Source: Pedobacter sp. (GTDB lineage: Bacteria; Desulfobacterota; Desulfuromonadia; Desulfuromonadales; Syntrophotaleaceae). From it: a DNA stretch of 64,000 nt. This document shows, piece after piece, positions 22,010-31,023 of this stretch. Below the pieces are notes generated by a model. That model worked only from the letters and a program-made list of their open reading frames with translations, was not told where the DNA came from and did no database searches. The stretch covers positions 54,499 to 118,498 of the forward strand of contig JBFWJC010000008.1 of NCBI GenBank assembly GCA_050253415.1, read 5' to 3'. Each line of letters starts with the position of its first letter. Positions within the stretch are counted from its first letter, which is position 1. The translations under genes were made by a program, and so were the position numbers.

Positions 22010-22143
22010 TCCAGCTCCTTAGTCCGCCAACTGAAGGTTTGACACCCCGCCGGCCAGATATCTTCCCATGAGTTATTGATAGCATGAGACCCACTACCGG
22101 CCAAAGTAAAATGTCGTTTACAGCATAGGGGTGACGCCGATTA

Positions 22144-22227
22144 TCACTATTTCGGGGGACAAAATGAAGGATTGCGGGGGACAACCTGGAGGGGGTGACA
22201 TGCAAGTTCACTATTACGGGGGACAAA
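22144..22227. promoter_or_regulatory. Direct repeats CGGGGGACAA x3, putative operator
   Basis: Copies at 22153, 22175, 22217; first and third extend to TCACTATTWCGGGGGACAAA. Confidence 0.6.
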
Positions 22228-22401
22228 TATAGCATCTTGTAGCGATTGTTATTCAGCCCTCCCTAACATACAAATAAGGTGCGCGCAAAAAGAAACGACC
22301 CGAATTCAGACTTTGCAAAGAAAGACGTACGTCAACCAATTATTTTATTTAATTCGCTACGTTCGTATCACATTTAAGGGCATCCAGGAAAGGGAAAAAC
22401 C

Positions 22402-23367
22402 ATGGCTCCTTGGTCTGTAGACACGTTATTACTTTGCTTTGGTGGCGGTATCGTCGGTGCAGCTCTCGGCGGACTGTTTTCTTTCAGCATTTGCGGCCTG
22501 ATTGTTCTGGCCGGTTGCTTCGTCATCTTTAACGGCGGTTCAGAGTTCCTGCTCATGCAGGTCGGACTGGGTCCCCTTTTTGGGCCTCACACCGGCGGCT
22601 TTGTAGCCGGAGTCGCTGCCGTAGCCTACGCTGCCGGTATCAAAAAAAACCTTCCGAGCGGCAGCGGCAAGGACATCCTTTCGCCGCTTATCGGTACCTC
22701 CTGGGATGTACTGCTGGTCGGAGGGGTGTTCGCGGTCTTTGGTCATGTGCTGCTGCAACTGCTGGTCAAAATTCCGTTTGTCAACATGGCGGACTGCATC
22801 GCACTTACAGTCGTCATCACCCAGTGTGTTGCGCGCCTGCTGTTCTTGAAAGAAATGCCATGGGGTAATGGCGCATCAATTCGCGCCCATGGCTTCCTGG
22901 GCACCAACGATGGAGCACTGTCCTGGGTCCCATGGATGGCACAACCTGCCCGCCTGATCGTGTTCAGCTTTGGCGTCGGCCTGTTATCGGCCGCTATGGC
23001 CATGGGCACCAAAAACGTCCTCGACCCCATGGTTGTTCAAGGCACCGTCTCGGCTACCGGCGCCTTCGTGGTGCCCCTGATCTTTGCCTGGGGCATTGCC
23101 GCCATCAGCCTGATCGGTCTGCAGTTGGGTACCGGCGAAATCCAGAAGTTACCTGTCTGGCACTGCCAGGCCATCCTCAGCGCCCTGGCTTTCCTGTTGT
23201 TCAACTCCCTGGTGTTGGCAGCCATTGTCGGCATCCTGGCCGGTCTGCTGCAGGAACTGGTAGCACGAGCCATGTGGAACCACGGGTCTACCCATATCGA
23301 TCCGCCAGCCGGCGCCATTGCAGTCGGCACCCTGATCCTCAACCTGGCACACGGCTTCATTAAGTAA
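22402..23367 (+). CDS. Multi-pass membrane protein, possible substrate transporter
   Basis: Many Gly-rich hydrophobic segments; first gene of the glycyl radical enzyme cluster. Confidence 0.75.
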   Translation: MAPWSVDTLLLCFGGGIVGAALGGLFSFSICGLIVLAGCFVIFNGGSEFLLMQVGLGPLFGPHTGGFVAGVAAVAYAAGIKKNLPSGSGKDILSPLIGTSWDVLLVGGVFAVFGHVLLQLLVKIPFVNMADCIALTVVITQCVARLLFLKEMPWGNGASIRAHGFLGTNDGALSWVPWMAQPARLIVFSFGVGLLSAAMAMGTKNVLDPMVVQGTVSATGAFVVPLIFAWGIAAISLIGLQLGTGEIQKLPVWHCQAILSALAFLLFNSLVLAAIVGILAGLLQELVARAMWNHGSTHIDPPAGAIAVGTLILNLAHGFIK

Positions 23368-23500
23368 CTCGGAAATACCCGGCGGGCAACCCCGCTAAAC
23401 CGATTATCCGATTTTTGCAGCACATACACAGCATCCGGCAGAGCACATAGTGCCTGCCAGATAAAAACAGACATCTCAAAAACCCTCAAAAGGAGGAAAC

Positions 23501-25900
23501 ATGTCTACCAAAGTAAAAGTTAACCCTGTCGTCGCTACTCAGGGCCCCACCGAACGCGTCGAGAAAATCAAGGCTAGATTCCTGGCTACAACTCCGGAAA
23601 TCTGCGCCGAACGTGCCAAGCTCATCACCGAATCCTACAAGGAGACCGAAGGCCTGCCCATGACTACCCGGCGCGCCAAAGCGTTGGAAAAAATCCTCAT
23701 GGGGATGTCGATCTACATTGAAGACGATGAATTGATTGTAGGCAACCAGTGCAGCATGCCCCGCTCCGCTCCCGTTTATCCTGAATTCTCCTGCGAGTGG
23801 CTGGAAGCCGAACTTGACCGTCTTGCCAAACGCACGGCCGATGTCTTCCTGATCAGCGAAGACGTCAAGCAGACTTTGCGTGAAGATGTTTTCCCCTACT
23901 GGAAAGGCAAAACCAACCAGGAGATCGCCACGGCATTGATGAAGCAGGAAGCCATCGATGCAGGCAACGCGGTTGTCTACACCGTCGGCAACTACTACTT
24001 CAACGGCGTCGGTCACATTTCGGCTAACTACGGCAAGGTCATGAGCCAGGGCCTCAACGCCGTTATCGCCGAAGCCGAAGCAGCCAAGGCAAAATTCGAC
24101 TACGCCGATGCACACCAAATGAAGTCGCTGCACTTTCTGGAGTCGACCATCATCGCCAACAAGGCTGTCATCGCTTTCGCCAATCGGTATGCCGATGAAG
24201 CCGATCGTCTGGCCGCGGCCGAGAAGGACGCCGCCCGTAAAGCCGAACTGCTTGAGATCGCCCGCATCTGCCGCAAGGTGCCTGCGCAACCGGCAGAAAC
24301 CTTCCAGGAAGCAGTACAGGCATTCTGGTTCATCCACCTGGTCATCCAGCTCGAATCGAACGGTCACTCCATCTCGCCGATGCGTTTCGACCAGTACTGC
24401 TACCCCTTCTATGCAGCAAGCAAAGACTCCATGTCGGACGCAAAGGTCCAGGAACTGCTCGACCTGATGTGGCTCAAGCTCAACGGCCTGAACAAGGTTC
24501 GCGACGAAAACTCCACCATGGCTTTTGCCGGCTACCCGATGTTCATGAACATCATTGTCGGCGGCGTGGACCGCGAAGGCAAAGACGCCACCAACGAACT
24601 GTCGCTGATGCTTCTGCAGGCAGCGGCCAACACCAAACTCTATGCCCCTTCCCTGTCGGTTCGTATCCACGAAGGGACTGCGGATGAGCTGTACATGAAG
24701 GCCGCCGAAGTCAGCCGCATGGGTCTTGGCGTTCCGGCTTTCTTCAACGACCGCACCATCATTCCGGCCCTTCTGTCCCGTGGCCTGACCCTGGAAGACG
24801 CGCGCGACTACGGCATCATCGGTTGCGTCGAGCCCCAGGTCGGCGGCAAGACCGAAGGCTGGCATGACGCCGCCTTCTTCAACATGGCCAAGGTTATCGA
24901 GCTTACCCTCAATAACGGCTACGACAAGCGCACTGCCATGCAGGTTGGTCCCCAGACCGGCGCCGTTACCGAAATGAAGTCTTTCGACGACGTTATGGCC
25001 GCCTATACCAAGCAAATGGAATACTTCGTTGGCTTGATGTGCCACGCCGACAACATGGTTGATCTGGCCCATGGTCAAAATGTGCCCCTGCCCTTCCTTT
25101 CCAGCCTGGTTGAAGACTGCATCGGTCGCGGCAAGTCGCTGCAGGAAGGTGGCGCCATCTACAACTTCAGCGGCCCGCAAGGCGTTGGCGTCGCAAACGC
25201 CGGGGATGCCCTGACCGCTATCAAGAAGCTGTGCTTCGATGAAAAGGTCATCAGCCTGCCGGAACTGAAAGAGGTTCTCGACAAGGACTTCGAAGGCGCT
25301 GAAAACATCCGCCAGATGCTCGTCAACCGTGCTCCCAAATATGGCAACGACGATGACTACGCGGATGAAATCGCCGTCGAATCGGCCAACATCTACTGCC
25401 GCGAAGTCAACAAGTACCACAACCCCCGTGGCGGTCAGTTCCAGCCCGGTCTCTACCCGGCATCTGCCAACGTACCTTTTGGTGGCGTGGTTGAGGCAAC
25501 CCCGGACGGCCGCAAAAAAGGCACTCCTCTGGCCGACGGCGTTTCCCCCATCGGAGGTTTCGATATCTCCGGTCCGACCGCAACGGTTAACTCCGTCGCC
25601 AAGCTCGACCATGAAGTCACCTCCAACGGCACCCTGCTCAACCAGAAGTTCCATCCCAACGCCGTGAAGGGTGAAGAAGGTCTGCGTAACCTTATCGCCG
25701 TTACCGAAACCTACTTCAAAAATGGCGGGTTCCATGTGCAGTACAACGTCATCGACCGGAAAACCCTGGAGAAAGCCCAGGAAAAACCGGAAGAATTCGC
25801 CAGCCTGGTGGTTCGCGTAGCCGGCTACAGCGCCTTCTTTACCGCGCTGGATAAATCTCTGCAGGATGACATCATGTCCCGCACCGAGCAGGTCTTCTAA
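23501..25900 (+). CDS. Glycyl radical enzyme, glycerol/diol dehydratase type
   Basis: Cys loop IIGCVEP (C442), Gly loop VRVAGYS (G775), GVGH, ESNGHS, HDAAFFN. Confidence 0.9.
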   Translation: MSTKVKVNPVVATQGPTERVEKIKARFLATTPEICAERAKLITESYKETEGLPMTTRRAKALEKILMGMSIYIEDDELIVGNQCSMPRSAPVYPEFSCEWLEAELDRLAKRTADVFLISEDVKQTLREDVFPYWKGKTNQEIATALMKQEAIDAGNAVVYTVGNYYFNGVGHISANYGKVMSQGLNAVIAEAEAAKAKFDYADAHQMKSLHFLESTIIANKAVIAFANRYADEADRLAAAEKDAARKAELLEIARICRKVPAQPAETFQEAVQAFWFIHLVIQLESNGHSISPMRFDQYCYPFYAASKDSMSDAKVQELLDLMWLKLNGLNKVRDENSTMAFAGYPMFMNIIVGGVDREGKDATNELSLMLLQAAANTKLYAPSLSVRIHEGTADELYMKAAEVSRMGLGVPAFFNDRTIIPALLSRGLTLEDARDYGIIGCVEPQVGGKTEGWHDAAFFNMAKVIELTLNNGYDKRTAMQVGPQTGAVTEMKSFDDVMAAYTKQMEYFVGLMCHADNMVDLAHGQNVPLPFLSSLVEDCIGRGKSLQEGGAIYNFSGPQGVGVANAGDALTAIKKLCFDEKVISLPELKEVLDKDFEGAENIRQMLVNRAPKYGNDDDYADEIAVESANIYCREVNKYHNPRGGQFQPGLYPASANVPFGGVVEATPDGRKKGTPLADGVSPIGGFDISGPTATVNSVAKLDHEVTSNGTLLNQKFHPNAVKGEEGLRNLIAVTETYFKNGGFHVQYNVIDRKTLEKAQEKPEEFASLVVRVAGYSAFFTALDKSLQDDIMSRTEQVF

Positions 25901-25999
25901 GCTGCTTATCTTGTTGTAACACTTGGGGGCCGGATACATCCGGATCCGGCCCCCGCCCCACCTGGTAATACGGTTAAACCGAACACCTGGAGAACAACC

Positions 26000-26968
26000 A
26001 TGAACTGGAGAGAAAAGGTCCTTGATTTTGACAACATCGGCGATCGTGGCGAAGGGCTGAAGGGATTGATTTTCGATGTTCAGAAGTTCGCTATCCACGA
26101 TGGCGGGGGTATCCGCACCAATGTTTTCCTTAAAGGATGCCCGCTGCAATGCCTGTGGTGCTCGAACCCTGAATCCCTGGCATCCAAGCCGGAAATCACC
26201 TTCGTGACCAACAACTGCATTGGCTGTGGCAAATGCCTGGAGGTATGTCCGGCAGGAGCCATCCGTCAAGGAGAAACAGCCGGTGAAGACATCATCATCG
26301 ACCGGGAGCGCTGCACCCTGTGCGGCCAGTGTGCAAAACACTGCTACGCAGGAGCCATCAACATTATCGGACGGTATGTTTCCGTTCCCGAACTGATGCA
26401 GATCATCGAGCGTGACCGCAAATTTTATGAGCAGAGCGGCGGCGGAGTCACCTTTTCAGGTGGGGAACCAACCGCACAGCCGGAATTCCTTAAAGCGGCC
26501 CTGGCAGAAATCCAGAAACGCGGTATTCACACTGCCATAGAAACCAGTTCACTTTTACCCTGGGATATTTACGTTTCGATCCTGAAGCACGTCGACCTGG
26601 TGCTGAGCGACATCAAGCACATGGACGATGCCGAGCATAAGCGCCTCACCGGGGTTTCCAACCAACTGATTCTCGATAATATTCGCAACATCTCCAAGCT
26701 CGGTATCCCGGTAAAGATTCGTCTGCCATTGATTCCCGGCATCAACGATTCCGACCGTAATCTCGAAGCCACCGCCGAATTTGTGGAGCAATTGAGCAAT
26801 GTACAGTCGCTCGACATTCTGCCCTATCACCGTCTGGGTGAAATGAAATACCGACAACTGGATCTCAGTTACCCCTTAAAGGGTGTGGAATCGCCAACGG
26901 TTGAACACGTTGAAGAGCGAATCCGCGCTCTCCGGGAAAGGGGATTAAACATTTCCGTCGGCGGGTAG
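26000..26968 (+). CDS. Glycyl radical enzyme activating enzyme
   Basis: HDGGGIRT..FLKGCPLQCLWCSNPE, 2x[4Fe-4S] ferredoxin insert, GGVTFSGGEP, LPYHRLG. Confidence 0.93.
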   Translation: MNWREKVLDFDNIGDRGEGLKGLIFDVQKFAIHDGGGIRTNVFLKGCPLQCLWCSNPESLASKPEITFVTNNCIGCGKCLEVCPAGAIRQGETAGEDIIIDRERCTLCGQCAKHCYAGAINIIGRYVSVPELMQIIERDRKFYEQSGGGVTFSGGEPTAQPEFLKAALAEIQKRGIHTAIETSSLLPWDIYVSILKHVDLVLSDIKHMDDAEHKRLTGVSNQLILDNIRNISKLGIPVKIRLPLIPGINDSDRNLEATAEFVEQLSNVQSLDILPYHRLGEMKYRQLDLSYPLKGVESPTVEHVEERIRALRERGLNISVGG

Positions 26969-27063
26969 CACCTGTTCCATCGTTTCACAGATACCATTTA
27001 ATTTTTTTATGAGTAGTTATTCCTCGCAAGTAACGATCTTTTTTATCTAGGAGGTAAAAGGAT

Positions 27064-28326
27064 ATGCCAACGTTCAAGCAACTATTCTGTGTTCTTGCCG
27101 CAGCCGCGACCCTGTTCGCGGCCTGCCCTGCTGATGCCGCTTTCGTTGTCGGAGGCAGTGACGGCTGGTCGTTCAGCACCGACGGCAACGTCAACCTGTT
27201 TTTGCGCTACACCACGGCCGACCAACGGCCGGACAATGTTCACAGCGCCTTTTATACCCTGTCCGATGACCAGGATTCCTTCCGTACCCGCAGCGGCTTT
27301 TTGCCCGGCGTACTGGCCTTCAACATCAAGGCACCGACCATGGGTGGACTCGACATGGCGGCACGGGTCGGCTTTTACCCCAATCCCCAAAATGGTAATA
27401 CCAAAAACAGCTTCAGCGGACAGATCGACCTGCGCGAGATCTTCTTCACTGTTGACGGCAACTTCGGCCAGTTCCTGGTCGGTAAAGCCTTCAGCTTGTT
27501 CCAGGGCCAGAACTGCCTGACCGGCATGTCGGTCTACGGATTCGGCATCGAAGGTGCTGTGTCCGGCGGCGGCGCAACCCTTGGCAACATCGGTTATGGC
27601 TACATCTACCCCCAGTTCAATGCCCAATTGCGTTACACCACCCCCGATATGAACGGCTTTAAACTGGCCGTTGCGATTCACGACCCCTCCCAGATTAATG
27701 GCTCGGGCGTCGGCCTCGATTCAAACGTTTACAATCCGTCCGCCGTTGAAACCAATACCCCGCGCTGGGAAGGCGAACTCTCCTATGCCGGCATCTATGC
27801 CGACGGTGACGGCACCTTCAAATCCTGGGTCAGCGGTCTGTACCAGAATGCCAAATTCGCCAAAGACAGCGCGTTTGATGGCGACGTGACCGCCTGGGGT
27901 GTAGCCGGTGGCGTACAGGTCGGCTACAAAGCCTACGAGTTGGTCGCTTCGGCCTTCACCGGCGAGGCCCTTGGTTCAACTCTGATGCTTGACTACGACT
28001 CTCTCGATTTTACCGGCGAAGAGCGTGAAGGTTACGGTTACCTGCTGCAAGGTACCTACACCTGGGATAACCGTTTCGGGAAAACCAAATTCGGCATCTG
28101 CTACGGCGCCAACCGCATGGAGGAAACCTCCGCCGAAAAGGTGGTCCGTGCCGCAACCGATAATGGCGAATTGAAACAACAAGACGTCATCACCGTGGGC
28201 GTTTTCCACGATATCAATCCTCACCTCAAATTGGTGCTGGAATACAATCGTGCCAATGTCGAATGGTTCAACGGCGGCAAACAGGAAGTCGACATCATCG
28301 GCCTGGGTACCTTCTTCATGTGGTAA
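27064..28326 (+). CDS. Outer membrane porin
   Basis: Signal peptide, Gly/aromatic-rich beta strands, C-terminal aromatic residue (FFMW). Confidence 0.8.
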   Translation: MPTFKQLFCVLAAAATLFAACPADAAFVVGGSDGWSFSTDGNVNLFLRYTTADQRPDNVHSAFYTLSDDQDSFRTRSGFLPGVLAFNIKAPTMGGLDMAARVGFYPNPQNGNTKNSFSGQIDLREIFFTVDGNFGQFLVGKAFSLFQGQNCLTGMSVYGFGIEGAVSGGGATLGNIGYGYIYPQFNAQLRYTTPDMNGFKLAVAIHDPSQINGSGVGLDSNVYNPSAVETNTPRWEGELSYAGIYADGDGTFKSWVSGLYQNAKFAKDSAFDGDVTAWGVAGGVQVGYKAYELVASAFTGEALGSTLMLDYDSLDFTGEEREGYGYLLQGTYTWDNRFGKTKFGICYGANRMEETSAEKVVRAATDNGELKQQDVITVGVFHDINPHLKLVLEYNRANVEWFNGGKQEVDIIGLGTFFMW

Positions 28327-28345
28327 GAAGTTAATCGGGTAACTC

Positions 28346-28384
28346 AAGTGGCCCGTTCCGGATTTTTTTCGGAACGGGCTACTT
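28346..28384 (+). terminator. Strong stem-loop after porin
   Basis: AAGTGGCCCGTTCCG...CGGAACGGGCTACTT; weak U-tract. Confidence 0.6.
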
Positions 28385-28393
28385 ACTCTCGCG

Positions 28394-28570
28394 GTGCAAG
28401 GAAGCCACAATTCACCCGATATGCCTGCATCAGAAGCTCACGGACTCGAAGTCCCCCCACGCGTCATTGAGCTTATCGACACCGAAGAAAAACGCCCTAA
28501 AGGTGTTCCCTTTGTTAAGCAGATTACGAAAACCGGTGCCAGGACCATGAGGATGCCGATAGTCTTTTTA
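28394..28570 (+). pseudogene. Possible DUF190-like gene remnant
   Basis: PRVIELIDTEEK...PFVKQI...G..TM resembles the DUF190 C-terminus; no intact N-terminus. Confidence 0.3.
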
Positions 28571-28677
28571 ACCAAGGAGAGTGATTTGCTCACCAAAAAG
28601 CCAACCTCTGACGGATATTCAGCCAACAGCTTGACCTTGTTATGAACGGGTCGGGGTTCAGCCAACGAGGAAAGTCC

Positions 28678-29346
28678 ATGGACGATAAATTACCTGACGC
28701 CCCGATAAATTCGTTAACACGCGATGGCCTGAAACACTTTAAAAACGGTGATTGCGACAAGGCCTTAACCGCATTTGGTGAAGCAGCTTCTCTGTGCAGG
28801 CAAACGGGCAATGTTGCCGGCGAGGCACATCAGCAAATGCTTGTCGCGGATATCTATGGGGCCACCAAGCAGCTGGAAAAGGCACTGGAAGCCTACCATC
28901 GGGTTATTTCCCTGCTTATCGATATCGGCGACAAGGCCGGTATCGCTGCCGTACAGAATAACATCGGACTGCTGTTGGCACGCCTGCAGCGGTTTGACGA
29001 AGCCATGATGGTTTTCAAAGATGCCGAGCAGAATTTTATTGCCTGCAGTGAACCGGAGCGTGCCGCAGAACAATTGGCCAACATGGGGTCGGTCAGCCGT
29101 GATCGTCAAGATTACCTTCGGGCCCTTGATTACTATCGTCAGGCTTTGCAAGTGTTTGAGAAATTGGATCAACTCAGTAGCGTCGCCGACCAGCACGCCA
29201 ATATCGGTTACATTCTTGCCCTGACGAACGATAAAGATGCCGGTCTGACCCATTTTGATAGCGCCCTGGATCTATACAAAAAGTTCGATAATGCCGCCAA
29301 GATTACGCAGACGCTAAAAAACATCGAGCTTCTTCAGGCTGAGTAA
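28678..29346 (+). CDS. Tetratricopeptide repeat protein
   Basis: Repeated A...N.G....(G)...A...Y..AL helices. Confidence 0.85.
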   Translation: MDDKLPDAPINSLTRDGLKHFKNGDCDKALTAFGEAASLCRQTGNVAGEAHQQMLVADIYGATKQLEKALEAYHRVISLLIDIGDKAGIAAVQNNIGLLLARLQRFDEAMMVFKDAEQNFIACSEPERAAEQLANMGSVSRDRQDYLRALDYYRQALQVFEKLDQLSSVADQHANIGYILALTNDKDAGLTHFDSALDLYKKFDNAAKITQTLKNIELLQAE

Positions 29347-29401
29347 AAAATCACCGACGCAAGCTCTGTTTATCATCAGGCCAAAGATCAATTTTCCGGA
29401 G

Positions 29402-29545
29402 ATGTCTGGCCTTTTTCAGCGGTTCAGTGATCCGGGCAACAGAATCACTATCGGCCTGGCAGAACCTATTGACGATGCCCTGATCCCCACACGACGGAGA
29501 CATGGCCCTGGTCGCTGGTTGTGGCACCAGAACAATATCCCATAA
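29402..29545 (+). pseudogene. Possible decayed DUF4037 5' fragment
   Basis: Translates QRFSDPGNRITIGLAEPIDDAL...HGPGRWLW, resembling the DUF4037-protein N-terminus, between TPR and DUF4125 genes. Confidence 0.4.
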
Positions 29546-29619
29546 TCCAGGTGGCAAACGCGAACCCGGCCTGCGATAACCTGCCACCCTGTTTGAAGAA
29601 CCGCCTAAAAGGATGGATC

Positions 29620-30246
29620 ATGAAACCGAATTGTTCCGCTAAAAGGCTGATAAATAACCGTCAGTCACTGACTGATCGAATTATGACACTGGAATTGGCC
29701 ATGTTCCTGAGCGTTCCCACCAGCCAGCCCTACAGCTGTCAGGAAGATCCGCAAAGTTTCAAAGTACATCGTCAAGCCCAGTTCGCAGCCTGGTCCGTCA
29801 CTACCCTTGAGAGTTATTATTACGATCTCCAGGCAGCTAAAGATGCGGGGCGCAACCTGCTGGCCATCAAGTATGCCCGCATGGATAATCTCGTGCCCTG
29901 CGTCAATTTCATCCCGCGGATCGCGTCCATTGTCCATCTGGCAATAACTGGGCAACAACGGTTTATAGATGCCTATCCTCGCCTGATGCAGGGCGGGCGA
30001 TCCTTGACCACCTCAACGGACGATGACGGTCTTACTTCCTTTGAAACCTATTTGCGCTGTGAGCTCGAAACCTATTCCGAAACGACCCTGGGGTTGTTAT
30101 TGGCTGACATCCGGGGATTGGAGCAGTCCGGCTCGAGTCTTTCCGAAGCCGTCTATCGCTGTCTTGCACAACAGTGGGGCTTTTACTCGCTGGAAGCTCT
30201 GGAAGCAAGCCTGCAGCAGAAAGGTCCCGCTACAGGTAGTCTTTGA
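29620..30246 (+). CDS. DUF4125 family protein
   Basis: E..MF..V......CQED...F...R.AQF.AWS...L.SY..DL......GRNL...KYARM; TSFETYLRCELETYS. Confidence 0.8.
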   Translation: MKPNCSAKRLINNRQSLTDRIMTLELAMFLSVPTSQPYSCQEDPQSFKVHRQAQFAAWSVTTLESYYYDLQAAKDAGRNLLAIKYARMDNLVPCVNFIPRIASIVHLAITGQQRFIDAYPRLMQGGRSLTTSTDDDGLTSFETYLRCELETYSETTLGLLLADIRGLEQSGSSLSEAVYRCLAQQWGFYSLEALEASLQQKGPATGSL

Positions 30247-30530
30247 ACTGTCCGACGATATTTAATTGTCTGACAAGCTTGGTTGATAAAACAGGATTGA
30301 CCAGGCAGATCTATCGAGGAGTTTAGCTTTCTTACGATCCGCAGTCATTGCGATCGTCAATATACACAGATAAATTTTCCATTTTTCAAACAGGCATGGT
30401 TATCAAACAGTTCAATAAAACTTTTTGTTCAAAAAACAACATATCGCCAATGATTTATCGGCAGCTACCTGCAGATAAAATAAATGACCATGTAAGTCAT
30501 GCAACATCCGAGCAGACAAATAGTCATACG

Positions 30531-30704
30531 TGATAATTGCTGTAAGAATCATCTGTCGGGGATAGTTTTTATAACAATTATCAGTATCTCAACGGGTTGG
30601 CGGGACCTCCCACCCTCTAGCCCTGAAAAATTTATTTGTTCGGCCTCCTTGTAATTCCAGATGGGAATGGTCCTCCTTTGCATTCCCCATCTGGAACCTT
30701 TTTT
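30531..30704 (+). ncRNA. Candidate small RNA
   Basis: Consecutive hairpins, three CCTCC motifs and a terminal stem + T-run in a gene-free gap. Confidence 0.35.
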
Positions 30705-30914
30705 CAGTGCCATTTCCCAACCGTGTTATCAGTATTCCCACCCCCCCCCAAAAAAAACCATACATTGCGTCATGCAGCTGTCCTATTTTATGTTGCCATA
30801 CGGACAGAACCACACCAGGGCTGACTAATCCATCATCGGGCATGAGATCAAGCTTCCAAGATTGCAAGTTTAAACCAAGAAAAACAAACATTTAAGCGCC
30901 GGTGACTTGCACAC

Positions 30915-30953
30915 AAAAAAAAGAGCCTCCTTTGAAAACAAGGGAGGCTCTTT
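30915..30953 (-). terminator. Intrinsic terminator of the radical SAM gene
   Basis: A-run then AAAGAGCCTCC-TTTG-AAAA-CAAG-GGAGGCTCTTT. Confidence 0.85.
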
Positions 30954-31023
30954 AGCGTATAGGCTTGTCAACATATTCAGTGAAGACCAGGTATGAGAGT
31001 TTCCAAGGATACGCTACCTGCCA

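Noticed and set aside
23486..26341. 951-aa minus-strand ORF
   Set aside because: Antisense shadow of the codon-biased GRE and activase genes
30741..30757. Poly-C/poly-A tract as a phase-variation switch
   Set aside because: Not within a credible ORF or promoter
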